The notes beneath the pieces were generated by a model that saw only the letters and a list, made by a program, of their open reading frames with translations, was not told the origin of the DNA and did no database searches. A stretch of 51,792 nt of DNA from Octopus bimaculoides. Lineage: Eukaryota. This document shows, piece after piece, positions 26,801-39,233 of the stretch. Position 1 is the stretch's first letter. Each line of letters begins with the position of its first letter. The DNA is taken from positions 104,391,516 to 104,443,307 of the forward strand of contig NC_068983.1 of the NCBI RefSeq assembly GCF_001194135.2, in the 5' to 3' direction. The position numbers and the translations under genes are program-made.

Positions 26801-27916
26801 CAAATTAGCCCTTCATTTACTCCACAAATGTTTTGTCGTCAATGATGCACTTCTCCATATCACATGTTTCAACTTAACTGTACCATATATACAAACTATG
26901 CTATTTAAATCCTGAGCAATACGGGGTATGTCTGTTAATTGGTATATATTTTATCAATTCTTCAGAGATGAAATGAAAAATTACTGTTATAGCTGTGCAC
27001 TTGCTGCCAGAAAAATGTCAGAAAATATCTAGATTGTCAATCAACTTTTCTATCACGTCTCTCCACTTTTTTTTTTTAAAGAAATTATTTATGCTATTTT
27101 ATTGTCTTAATCTGAAATAGTTTCATATTATTTACTTTTGTATAGTTTTCTTTATATTTCTAAAAGTAATTTATTTATTGTAGTTGTTTATTGTAATTTC
27201 CAATGATGGAGCAGGCTATGCCTCCAGGCTGCAAATTTTCCTGTCATAGAGGACAATAACTCGTATTGATACTACCATGAATTCTTTGTAGAGCTACATG
27301 ATCCCGAAGAAAATTGCATAGCAAACACAAGAAGATATGAATTCAGTATTTTGCTCTAAAAAATCATCAACATTATCATCTTCCTTTAACATCTGCTTTC
27401 CAGGCTGGCATGGTTTGGATGGTTTGACCAGAGCTGGCAAGCCAGAGAGCTGTACCAGGTTCCAGTTTGATTCGGCCTGGTTTCTATGGCTGGCTCTCTT
27501 CCTAATGCCAATCACTTTACAGTGCGTGCTTTTAACATGCACCAGCACAAGTGCTTTTCATGTGGCACCAGCACAGGACACTTGCTGGCCAATCCTCTTC
27601 ACCAGGGGATGCAGCCGTAAGCAACAATTTTGCATATTCTCTGTTGAGAGTTATAACTCTAAAATTGTTTTAGAGCAAGGATAGAAATATATTCTTTAAT
27701 AGAATTATTTCATTAATATATTGCATAATTTTGTCTGATGATCATTAAATCTACATCATTAATCAATTGATATATAAGCATTGATTGAGACAGAGAGTGT
27801 ATGTGTTTTAATTGTACTAACCCTGAAAGATTCAGCTATACTTCAGTTAGACTCATGTGATCTCTCTATGAGTTAGAATTAAAATCTTTATAGAGTAAGG
27901 TTAGAAATATATTTTT

Positions 27917-28278
27917 ACTAGCCAATGAAAAATGCAGACACATACTAACAATATTCTTAATTAAACCTGGAAAAAGTAGAAGACAAGAAAAAACTCATTA
28001 AAATTAGAGCTTAAAATATTGCTGCTAAAATTAAAATTAAATAGTACCTGTTAGGTATTTTTTCACATTTTAAAAAAAATTCAATTAATTTCACTTTTCC
28101 CTTTTTTATCTTAATTTTATTTTTTGTACTAAATGAATTAATAAACAAATTTTAAATTTTAATTTTAGCAGCAATATTTTAAGCTCTAATTTTAATGAGT
28201 TTTTTCTTGTCCTCTACTTTTCCAGGTTTAATTGTTAAGAATATTGTTAGTATGTGTCCACATTTTTCATTGGCTAGT
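27917..28278. repeat. Inverted repeat, ~125-bp arms (27917-28041 / ~28153-28278)
   Basis: Manual reverse complement shows only a few substitutions and two small indels. Confidence 0.93.
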
Positions 28279-30084
28279 CCAGTGTTTTTACAGGCATTGC
28301 AGTAATAGTAACATTTTAATTAAAAATATATAAAATTACCATTTTTTGCAGTCATTTTGAATTCAAAAATTTCCAAGAAAATTCAAACAGAATTTTGGTT
28401 TTTTCATTTGACTAATTCTCATTTAGAAATTAAATTAAAATAAATGATAATCATTGCAACTTTTCCTTTTCTGGACATAATGTATGTACTGTAATTTCAG
28501 TATGTACTGTACAGAGACAAAGTTACAAATGAATATAATTAAAGAAATTTTTAAATAATGGGAAACAAAAAAAAAAAATGAGGATAAGAATTTAATATGA
28601 TAACTTTATTTTAAATGAATCCAATTAATATTGGATAGAATATAATTACAAGTAGCATTTGCCTTTTCTAAACAGCCCTACTACCGACTTCAGCACTGCT
28701 CATAGAGACAAAGCCACAAATAGTCATATTCTATTTACTATAAAATTAATAAGTAAATTATAAATAAAGTCATTTTTAGCATGCAAATAATTAACTCCAT
28801 GTTTGAAAATTTTAAAATAGTGAAAATGGAGTGTTAAAATATTTGAATTTTTGTCATTTGCCTTTTCTGAACAGCCCAACTACATGATTCAGTACTGTTC
28901 ATAGAGACAAAATCAAAAAGATAAAAATATTTTATTAAATAATCTTGTTATTAAAATAATTTATTCAAAAATGGACTTTAAAATGCCATACTACAAAAAT
29001 TTAAGCAAAAAAATTTCATTTTTTATAAAAAATAATTTTGACTAATGAAAATAAATATTAGAACTCTTTGTATCGATTTGTGTTGTCTTTTATCTTTTGT
29101 TGTGTGTGTGCGCCGAAGAAATAGTTTAATTTATGTAGGAGTAGTGTCCTTTAATATCACGCAAAAATTAATAAAAATTTTAGAATTAAAATTAAATATC
29201 TTTTTTTCTAATGGATAAAATTTTACAAAACCTTTACCAATATACTCCTTTAACATTTCTCTTTCATATTAATATCAATATAATAATTCTTAAAATTAAA
29301 AGAATGGTGTGGATTCAGAATGTCGATGTCAGGCATTACTACCTGTCAGTCAACTAGTTTGGTTTATACATTTTTACTCTTAACTTTTGTTCTACTGCAC
29401 CAGATTTTAAGTATTTTATGTCTAAATGTAGCTCATCACTAGTCAAACATAATTCAAAAAGCTAAATTTAATTTCAATTAAAACTGAATTACTGAGACTG
29501 CTTGGAAGACGCCAACTGTGACAAAAAAGCTATGTTAATATTATACAACTACTATCGTAGTTGAATAATATAGAATTAACTATTTAAATATATTTCTATT
29601 TTACTTAAACTGTTTTTGAATATAATTCAAGAGAAATAGAGCCAAAGTATGTCATTGAATAATTTCTCTTGGTCATTCTTTTAAGTTGTTATATTTACCA
29701 GTGTTCATTTACTTAAAGTCTTTATATTTCTTAGTTATATTAAGTCTGGCAAGTACAAGTAATGAATCTACTTTGCTGAGTTGGTCTAATAATACTGAAA
29801 CATGTCTAGAATTATCCCTATATGGTTAAAGATTAGACTCACTACCCACCTGGTGCCTACATTTGATTTTCATTAATTTTGATTCCACAGTTATCTTTCT
29901 CATCTTTCTTGATCAGGACCAGTCATTGAGGTAATGATCTTTTCTTCTCGATACAAGTGTTATTTCAACTAAATAGTAGTTCTTTATTTACTACATTATG
30001 TTAGTCCTGACATAACTCTCTGTAATAATTGGTGACTTCGGTGTTGCATTAAATCTTCATCTTTTATTATCATTTACAGATATT

Positions 30085-30227
30085 ATGGACTATCATCAAC
30101 TGACAAGATCAGTTAACTATCATGGGAGTACTCTTGCTAAGTATCTTATCTTTGAAGGACAAAATGTAGGAGATGATCTTGTAGTTCCACCCGAAAGAGA
30201 TAACTTCCGAAATCGTTCTGAAATCAG
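30085..30227 (+). CDS. TTC14: TTC14 coding exon 1 (ATG at 30085; acceptor tttacag ends 30079, so an upstream 5'UTR exon is implied)
   Basis: Translates MDYHQLTRSVNYHGSTLAKYLIFEGQNVGDDLVVPPERDNFRNRSEI+AG, resembling the recalled vertebrate TTC14 N-terminus (MDRDLLRQSLNCHGSSLL). Donor AG|gtgggc at 30228; phase 2 matches the next exon. Not in the supplied ORF track. Confidence 0.85.
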
Positions 30228-30328
30228 GTGGGCATTTTGTTTCTTTTAAAATATTATTGTTCAACTTGATTTTTTGTATTTATACAAGGCCTTGTTTAAT
30301 TTTAATGAAGAACTTTGATGATTTCATA

Positions 30329-30379
<51 letters not shown>

Positions 30380-32179
30380 GGTAGTTGGGGTAAATCCCAG
30401 CTGTTTCCTCTTGAAGCACATCTGCTTATTCCATTATTACAATCCATTTTGTGGCCACAGTTGCTGCTATATGTTAGTCAAAATACATACTAAAATTGAG
30501 AATTATGGAAATATTATTTGTGGAGTTTCAGAAACACATATAATCGAGAATAGATAATACCCACACAAAATTTCCACTTTCCTGTTTTGTTATATGTTAT
30601 TGGTCAGTAAAAAGCACACTCTAAAAGTATTTTGAGCAGTTTGTTTTATATTACCATGTAGTTTATTCCTTGTTATGGTGTATAACCAAACTAAAAGTTA
30701 CTATTGGTTTCACGTCTACTATTGCTAATACTGTTGACTCCTCTTTGATAATAGTTTGGTTGTTTGTTTAAGACTGAATGTTCAAAATAATATTTTGAAT
30801 ATTGTTTTACTTGTGGTTCTTATTTTTTGTTGTGATTTACAGTTGGGTGGACAAAATGCTGTCAAACTGCAAATCTTCCTGTCATAGATGATGATAACTC
30901 TTATTCATACTACCATGACTTGTCTGCAGAGTTACATGAGTATGATGGAAATTGTGTAACACATGCACTAGAAGATGTGAATTCTCTTTTTGCTCTCAAA
31001 CAATCTTGAATATTCTGTCTAGAGAGTTATAATTCCAAAACTGCTTTAGAGTAAGGATAGCGATATATTCTTATATAGAATTATTTAGCATTACAAATGA
31101 TACAGGTTTTATATTTATGGAATGATGGTCATAAACTACAAGTGGTGTTATTGTCATTTCTTCTGTCAAAAAGTGTTTATTTTCTTTGTGCTTTTGAAGA
31201 TGTAAAACAATGTCACAGTTATATATTTGTCTAACCTATGGGAGTATGGAAATTCATCATCATCATTTAACGTCCATGTTTTATTCTGGCATGAATTGAA
31301 TGATTTGACAGGATCCGGTGTGTCCTTGGACTACATTATACTTTAATGTCTGCTTTGGATGGTTTCTACACTTGGATGCCCTTCCTAATGCTAGCCACTT
31401 TACAACATATACAAAGGTCTGTTTTTCATGCCACCAGCTTTATTAAGGTTTCTATGCAGCTTTGCAAGATTGTGAATCATGAGGGAGTTGGCAGTGGGGA
31501 TGGGTGGGTATCAGCTTTATGTCATAGGATGAGGATTAGAGTAGGAGAGAAGTGGGGATGACTGCAAGTTCTTGTAGAAGAGTTGGGGATATAAAATGAA
31601 CAAGTGTTCATATTACATAAATAATTGGTACTAACATTAAACATTTCTCACTAATTATTTCATTGAAAAATCTACTGCAGTCAACTACAGAAACATGCAC
31701 CTTGTCACATATGTATGTGACAGACGTATTTTATCATTAAAACAGTGTATGCAAAACTCCATGAAGTCAGTCATGTGAATTTTAAATACATCTTTACAAA
31801 AAGAAAGCTTGCTTGGAAATATTTAATATTTGTTTTTGCTGTATGTACGCTTGATCCTTAGCAGTTGTTTGGCCTGCTAGATATAGTAGGTAAATCTCCC
31901 TCGGTTTACAATCTGCTGTCTTAGAATATGAAGCTGCATAAACAAAAAGGAGAAATGAGATATACAAGACTGAAATAGTGTTCATCATATATCTGATCAG
32001 TCAGGGTAAACCTAGGGCTAAACCACAACAATAAAACAGTTATATGTTAGTTAATAGAAATCTGAACAACAGAAAATGCATATATGTGTGTGATTATGGA
32101 TATGTACATGTGTTTTTGTATGAGAGAGAAGTGATTACTATATCATGAATATAACCAACATCTATCTATTATCTGCCTG

Positions 32180-33400
32180 TTAGGCTGGTGCAAAAATAAT
32201 AGTGGCTTTTGTTTTTTAAACTTTGATGCTTACTTTGGGATAACCTGTTATTTTACTCTGTTCATGTAATATACCATTTTGAAAAGCAGATTTTGGTCTA
32301 TTGATCTATATACCAATATTTTTGCTTTCACTGTTTATTCTTGTTTATTTTAGGCCGTCAAATTAAAGATGGAAAAAGCGATTTTATTGTATGAGTTCAA
32401 AATGGAACACAAAACAGTGTATTCTGTTTGCAATATCAACCAAGCATTTATTTGACCAGGAGACTATCAGTGTATGTACAGCTTAACATAGGTCCCCAAA
32501 ATTTACCATGGAGATAACCTTGAAGAAAAAGGAAGGTTGTGGGTGACCTGCGATTGACAACCAATTGAGGATCATATCGAAGGGACCCATGCAAAACAAT
32601 TTAGTTGCAAGCAAACTAAATGGTCTCCATTCAACAGTTGTTTGATGTTTGCACCACTTTGGAATGTTAAAAAAAAACCCACTCAATAAATGGATACTGC
32701 AGGTGTTGGAAGAAAAATCAAGAATATCACCATTGTGAAGTTTTGTCTGTGTTTCTTTTGTGCAACAAAAACAATCAATTTCTTGATTGTTTTATGATGT
32801 GATGGAAAATGAATTAAATATACAACCAACAGTGTTCATTGCCATGGTTGTGCTGAACTGAAGTATCTCCTAAACCAAAGCTATATTAAAAGGTTCTGGT
32901 CACTGTTTGATGGTTGTCAGTAAGTGGAATCTTCCACTATAATTCCTTAAATCCTGGCGAAACTATTGCAGCAGAGAAGCTGTGACAGGAAATCAATAAA
33001 ATGCACCAAGATGCAATGTTTAGTTCCAGCACTGGTCAATCAAAAGGATCAATTCTTCTCCTTGATAATCTTTCAGTTGATTTTGTAAAAACTGAGCAAG
33101 CTAGGCTATGAAACTCTACTTGACTCAGTTTACTCTGGAGCCCTTCTCTAGCTGACTACCAATTTTTCAAGCATTTCAATAACTTCTTGCAAATGAAGGT
33201 CTTCAAAAGCCAAACACCAGCCCAAAACACCTTTGAAAAATGCACCAGTTCCAGGAGTCCAGAATTCTATGCTATCACAATAAAAAGACTTGTCTTTCTG
33301 TTGGCAAAAGTATGTAAACTCTAATGGATGTTATTTCTAATAATAAAATTTATTCTGAGCTGAAATATATTACTTAAAATAGTTTTAATAGGCAATTATC
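32180..33400 (+). mobile_element. Mariner (Hsmar1/cecropia-like) relic, ~1.2 kb, transposase disrupted
   Basis: Left TIR ttaggctggtgcaaaaataatagtggctttt resembles the recalled Hsmar1 TIR. Fragments read AILLYEFKM, DNQLRIISK, NKWIL, HYNSLNPGETIAAEK, PILLLDN and FFKHFNNFLQMK, colinear with Hsmar1/SETMAR transposase. Right TIR is degenerate. Confidence 0.88.
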
Positions 33401-34232
33401 TCTTTATTTGATGTTTCTTTATTTATCCTTATCAAGTTTCCCTCACCCCACTATCTTTCAGAGGGTGGGGGACACTTCAGATATAAAATGGGATGATCAT
33501 GGCCAGGACACTTTTCATCAAAAGTCATTGCTCACCTGGCGCTAAATAATAATATTGTGTCAAAATCTTGACTAGTAAAAGAAGGAAACTGTATGGTGTC
33601 ATTGAACCTGCTAGAAATAACAGCCAAATCTTAAAATTGCATTGTACATCTGACTTATGCAAACATGGAAAGTGGGTGCAAAAATGATGATGTCTCAAAA
33701 CAAAAAAAAAAATGAAATGACATGGACAATGTAGTCATACAAAAGTGATGGGATGATCATCTCTGGAGTGGCTTTTAACATGTCTGCTCAAACAGGACAG
33801 ATCAAGGGTTAAAGAAGAACATATTGGGTATATGGTGGATACCGGAAACAACATGCATGTATGTGTGCATGTTTGTGATTATAGATGTATGTGTTTGTGT
33901 ATAAAAGAGAGTATGGGGGATGACAAATTACTATGCTTTAAATGTAACCATATTACTACAATTCTCTCTCTCTTTCTCTGTATGTGTATATGTATACACA
34001 CACACACACACATATGTTTCAAAATTGTCATAGTAGAATGGTATGTGTATCTGTATAAAACACACACTAATCATTACTTTTATACACTTCTGGAAAGATA
34101 ACTTTTTGGTGAAGTTTTGTAGGTTGAGAGGTAAATTCCAAAATTGCATTTGTGAAAAAAAATTTTGAGGAATCATCATTTCAGATGTTCCAGACTTAAA
34201 TCTGTTTAATATATATCTGGCTTTATAGCAAC

Positions 34233-34797
34233 CATAGATTTTCTATAGCATTTAGACCAGCACTGAAGTCATGATGTTTTGTATACAAATACCTCTATAT
34301 AAACAATGTGATTGAAGATAGAAAAATAGGTAACGGGTGTATATACACATTTCTGAAGTTATTGCTCCTTCTTCAGCATCACATCCAACCCATTAACTAT
34401 CTATATAGATAAACTTAAAAATGAAAACATCACACTGCTAATGCAAAAACTCATAAACCTTTCATATATTTGGTGGTATACCATAGTTGCAAAACGAAGT
34501 ATGGTCTACCTACCAGCAATTAATATGTATGTATCAGTTGTCAGGAATGTGTTTGATATGTAAGTTGGTCCCTCTAATAGTGTTACACTGCTAAACTTAG
34601 TGTCTATTTAAGTAATATATTCATGGGTAGTTAATGGGATGGATGTGGTGCTGAAGAAGGAGCAATAACTCTAGAAATGTGCATATACACTCATTACCTA
34701 TTTTTCTATCTTCAACGACAATGTTCATATAGACGTATTCATATATGAAACATGGTAACTTTCAAAACTAGCTCTAACTTCAGTAGAAAATCTATAG
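34233..34797. repeat. Inverted repeat, ~170-bp arms (34233-34400 / 34627-34797)
   Basis: ttgaagatagaaaaataggtaa...gctccttcttcagca...cccattaacta occurs in both orientations. Confidence 0.88.
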
Positions 34798-34931
34798 AGA
34801 TAAACTTAAAAATGAAAACAACACATTGCTAACACAAAATGTAGGATAGGGCACAGTATTGACTGATAAACTTTTAATATACTAGGTGGTGTATTATGGT
34901 TGCAAAAAAAAAAAAATGATGTCCATGTCAG

Positions 34932-35003
<72 letters not shown>

Positions 35004-36419
35004 TGTATATAGTATATTTGGCTGTTGTTACATATTCATACATATATTGATACACATACATGTATCAATCTAGTTCATTCTTGTCACACTGTATCATCTC
35101 CTCTTTCCATTGGTCCATCCATCTTTGCGGCTCTCATTTTGTTTCACTTTCTCTCTCTATCTGTGTGTGTGTGCAGGCACAGACATGGCTGTGTGGTTGA
35201 GGAGCTTGCTTTCCAACCATGTGGTTTTGGTTTCAGTCTCACTGTGTGACACCTCAAGCAAGGTCTTCTATAGACCAACCAAAGCCTTGTGAATGGATGT
35301 GGTAGAATGTGTGTCCCTTTGTCCTGGCATCAGTTGATGGTTGTAAACAAGTGTCATTCATTTACTATCATCCATACAAAAAGCAAAACAAACAATCATG
35401 TCTGGTCATGAGAAAACATTGCTTTGCTTGATAACACATGAGGGTTGGTGTCAGGAGGGGCATCCATCAAAGATCTGTCTCAATCCCATCTGATCGTGCA
35501 AGCATGTATGTTTGACTTGTTAAGGATTTCTAATATTTTAAATTGTTTGCATAGTGTATTTTTTCCGAAATTCTTGTAATCACCTGATGAAAAATTCTTC
35601 TAAGATAATGTATGTTTAATGCAGAAATAATTCCCTGATTCACAGGTTGTAGTAGTGAACTTGTGTTAGTGGAATGAAAATTACTTCAACAAGTTTTCAT
35701 GCTTGGAGTGAATCAAGATTTGAAGGATGACCAAGAGCAAAATGGTCTCTATAAACAGAAGTGTTTTGGCTACAAATTATTCTTGAATATGAACGGTTCC
35801 AAATCTCAACCTCCAACATCAAAATAAATTGAGAGAAAAGTATAAAGGATACTAGAGTTAAATCATTATTTATATGAGTTTTCTTTGTTTACTTCTAATT
35901 ATAGCATACTAGCAGTGAAGTTATTATGCTGTACTCCTGATCATATGGTTATAAGTTCAGATCTTACTACTGGCATTGTGCTTGTGTACCTGAGCATAAC
36001 ACATAACTTTGTGCTTGCTCCAGTTCGTCACAATAGTTCTGCCAGCCCATATATGGAGAAGGGTTAATGGTGGTACAATTGAAAGTCTTAGGGGGATATC
36101 AACCTATACAGACAAACAGTAGTAGTTTTTAAATCAACAAAAGAGCCTGTACACAATCGCTTGATTTGCTAGAATATCCCTCAATCACTCTCTAACATTT
36201 AAATGTAGAAGGACTCATTGGGCATCATCATCATCATCATCATTAAGAAAAATGAACTGGTCATTGTACAAATGCATTTGGCAATCAAGGTTGCCCTGGC
36301 ATTAAATGGCAACAACAAACCAGTTAAAGGTGGGTGTCAGTTGCATGAAAGCTACATAAGTTAGGCTGATACTTCTATAATTTTCATACTTAAATTGACT
36401 GATTAGTTAGAAGGTTTAA

Positions 36420-36700
36420 CTCCCAACACAAGCAAATTCATAGATATCATTGTAATATAGAGTTCTACTTGCTGGTCTTGGCTCTATCAAGATAACTCAT
36501 CTTAAAACATTTGCAAGCTTATTATAAGGCTTGACCTGAAGGTTAACATGGTATGAACTCATGAGGGCAATGTTGTTAGCATGAGTAAAGTCTGCGATCA
36601 TCATGTCATCAGTAACAACATTCAAAGTCATAGAAATCTAAGACAGCAGATTATATGATCAATAAGACAGGATCAAGATAAATACTGATAACAATGGGGT
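36420..36700 (-). mobile_element. Old RTE LINE RT fragment
   Basis: IADFTHANNIALMS resembles the DLDFADDIALLS active-site region. Confidence 0.55.
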
Positions 36701-36713
36701 CACTTGTATGGAA

Positions 36714-37290
36714 CTAGCAGCTAAGCCCGGTTTCTCCTGGTCGGTTTGGATGATGTGGGTGTAAAACCTGCTCTGTGTAAGCATTCGACTTGTTTGGGCA
36801 CGCTTACTTTAAAAAAACAATTTTAGAATGACTTTTTTTTCCATCAAAACACTAAAAATAACTGACTAACAAAAAAAAAAAAACCCAACCAAGATTCAAC
36901 CAAATCAAAAAATAAACCCAAATACTAAGCGAACAAAGATTAACCATTCCATTTCCATTGTGCACGCACACGTACACACACACACACACACACAAACACA
37001 CGCATGCATTCACACTTACATACACACACATATATTCACACAGAGTTGAAACGCTCTCTCTTCCTTCCTTATTCATCTATCACCCCTTCCTTTCTCATTC
37101 ATGAACACAAGAGTATTATTATAGTAGATTATCTCAGTAACCATGGGAGCTATGAAAAAAATACAAAGCCCACCATCACCACCAAATCATTCTACACATC
37201 TATGTAATTTTTCACGCAATTCCACCCAGTCTTTTGACTGTGAATCCCAAAACAAGAAAGAATCGCCCATGTCAAATTTATATATATTGA
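36714..37290 (-). mobile_element. Non-autonomous Helitron, copy 2
   Basis: On the minus strand it starts A|TC and ends ...gaaaccgggcttagctgCTAG|T (A-T target, no TSD). Same family as 33-646. Confidence 0.78.
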
Positions 37291-38734
37291 TATGCTTCAT
37301 CAGTAGAGGCCAACTGAAAATTGTATGACCTCATCCATCAAACCACTAGAAAAAAAAAACTCCAGCAGGGATCATTCAATACATTATGAAGATGAGATTG
37401 TGTTTGCTCCATAGAGTATACTGAAATGCCAAGGATACTTTAACTCAAACATAATCCTGGCAATAAGACAGAATCAACCACACCAGGCAGATACTGTTTT
37501 ACTTTTCACTATAATGTTCACTAATTCGCAAATGTAGATAAAAACCAAGTGAGTAATCCCCAAGCTAATAGATGAAAAATTGCCCAGCAAAAGCAATATC
37601 TTTTGGTGTTTCCAAGGTTAGTGCTTCCTTTCTCATTGTGGTGTGACTACATCATGTAATTTCAAAAATTTGTCTGGAAATGGCTAGCTCCAGAGAATAA
37701 TGATGATGTTGTCAAAGAAATATATAGTGCAAAGTCTTAGAGAAAAATAAAATATGGCAAATGTTTTGACAATAACATTTCATGAGTTAAGGTTGCAATA
37801 TGCTTTTTGTAATTTTAAAATAATTTTTACTTTGAAGATAGATTTAAATTATAGTTAAGCAGAACATTAGGGGGCATGATATACATTTGTTTCTCTAATT
37901 GTTCCGCTCTCTAATATTTTGTTCATAATCTTTATTTCTTTGTCTTATATTTACAGCTTTGCAGTTTATATGAATGGTGTTTCACATTGATCAAACTTAC
38001 AATCTACCATAATCAGTGTCAACATACATGTACATGAAATTGCAAGATATATGTATTTGCATGTGTGTGTGTTATATGTATATATTTGTGTGTATATGTA
38101 ATATGTATATATATGTATGTATATGAAAAATACACGATCAAAGGTCTTTCTTGAGCCATAAGCTTGTGAGGCCATTTTCCTGGATACTGTGGTGTATATA
38201 GCCCTCCCATTCTGGATGGGATGCCATTCAGTCACAGGGTTACATATATTTGTCTGCTTAGTGGGTGGGAGTATTGTGAAATAAAAATGTTTTGCTCAAT
38301 AACACAACACATTGTCTGGTCCAGGAATTAAAAGCTCAATCTTTCTATCATGAATGCAACACCTGAACTACTAAACCACATTTTTCCATGTATATGTATA
38401 CTCATAATTTATGTGTATGCATACATATATATGATATATATAAATATGTGTGTAAGGGCATCCAGCTGTAGAAACTCTGCCAAATTAGACTGGAGCCTGG
38501 TGTTGCCATCCGGTTTCACCAGTCCTCAGTCAAATCGTCCAACCCATGCTAGCATGGAAAGCGGACGTTAAACGATGATGATGATGATGATGATGATATA
38601 TGTATGAGGCAAGTGAAATCGAAATCGAGTTAAATTTGACGACTGGCACCCATGCCAACGTCGTCTCCTTCATTGGACACGAGACTCAGCTTGCGAAGAC
38701 TTATTGGGGCAAGCGAAAGTGAAATCGTGATGGC

Positions 38735-39050
38735 NNNNNNNNNNNNNNNNNNNNNNNNNNNNNNNNNNNNNNNNNNNNNNNNNNNNNNNNNNNNNNNNNN
38801 NNNNNNNNNNNNNNNNNNNNNNNNNNNNNNNNNNNNNNNNNNNNNNNNNNNNNNNNNNNNNNNNNNNNNNNNNNNNNNNNNNNNNNNNNNNNNNNNNNNN
38901 NNNNNNNNNNNNNNNNNNNNNNNNNNNNNNNNNNNNNNNNNNNNNNNNNNNNNNNNNNNNNNNNNNNNNNNNNNNNNNNNNNNNNNNNNNNNNNNNNNNN
39001 NNNNNNNNNNNNNNNNNNNNNNNNNNNNNNNNNNNNNNNNNNNNNNNNNT
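38735..39050. other. Assembly gap (N run)
   Basis: Directly visible. Confidence 1.
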
Positions 39051-39189
39051 GTAAGGGCATCCAGCTGTAGAAACTCTGCCAAATTAGACTGGAGCCTGGT
39101 GTTGCCATCCGGTTTCACCAGTCCTCAGTCAAATCGTCCAACCCATGCTAGCATGGAAAGTGGATGTTAAACGACGACGATGATGATGA

Positions 39190-39233
<44 letters not shown>

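Noticed and set aside
38451-39192. Tandem near-identical SINE ends either side of a gap
   Set aside because: Both start at the same base next to an N run; cannot be distinguished from a scaffolding or haplotype artefact.
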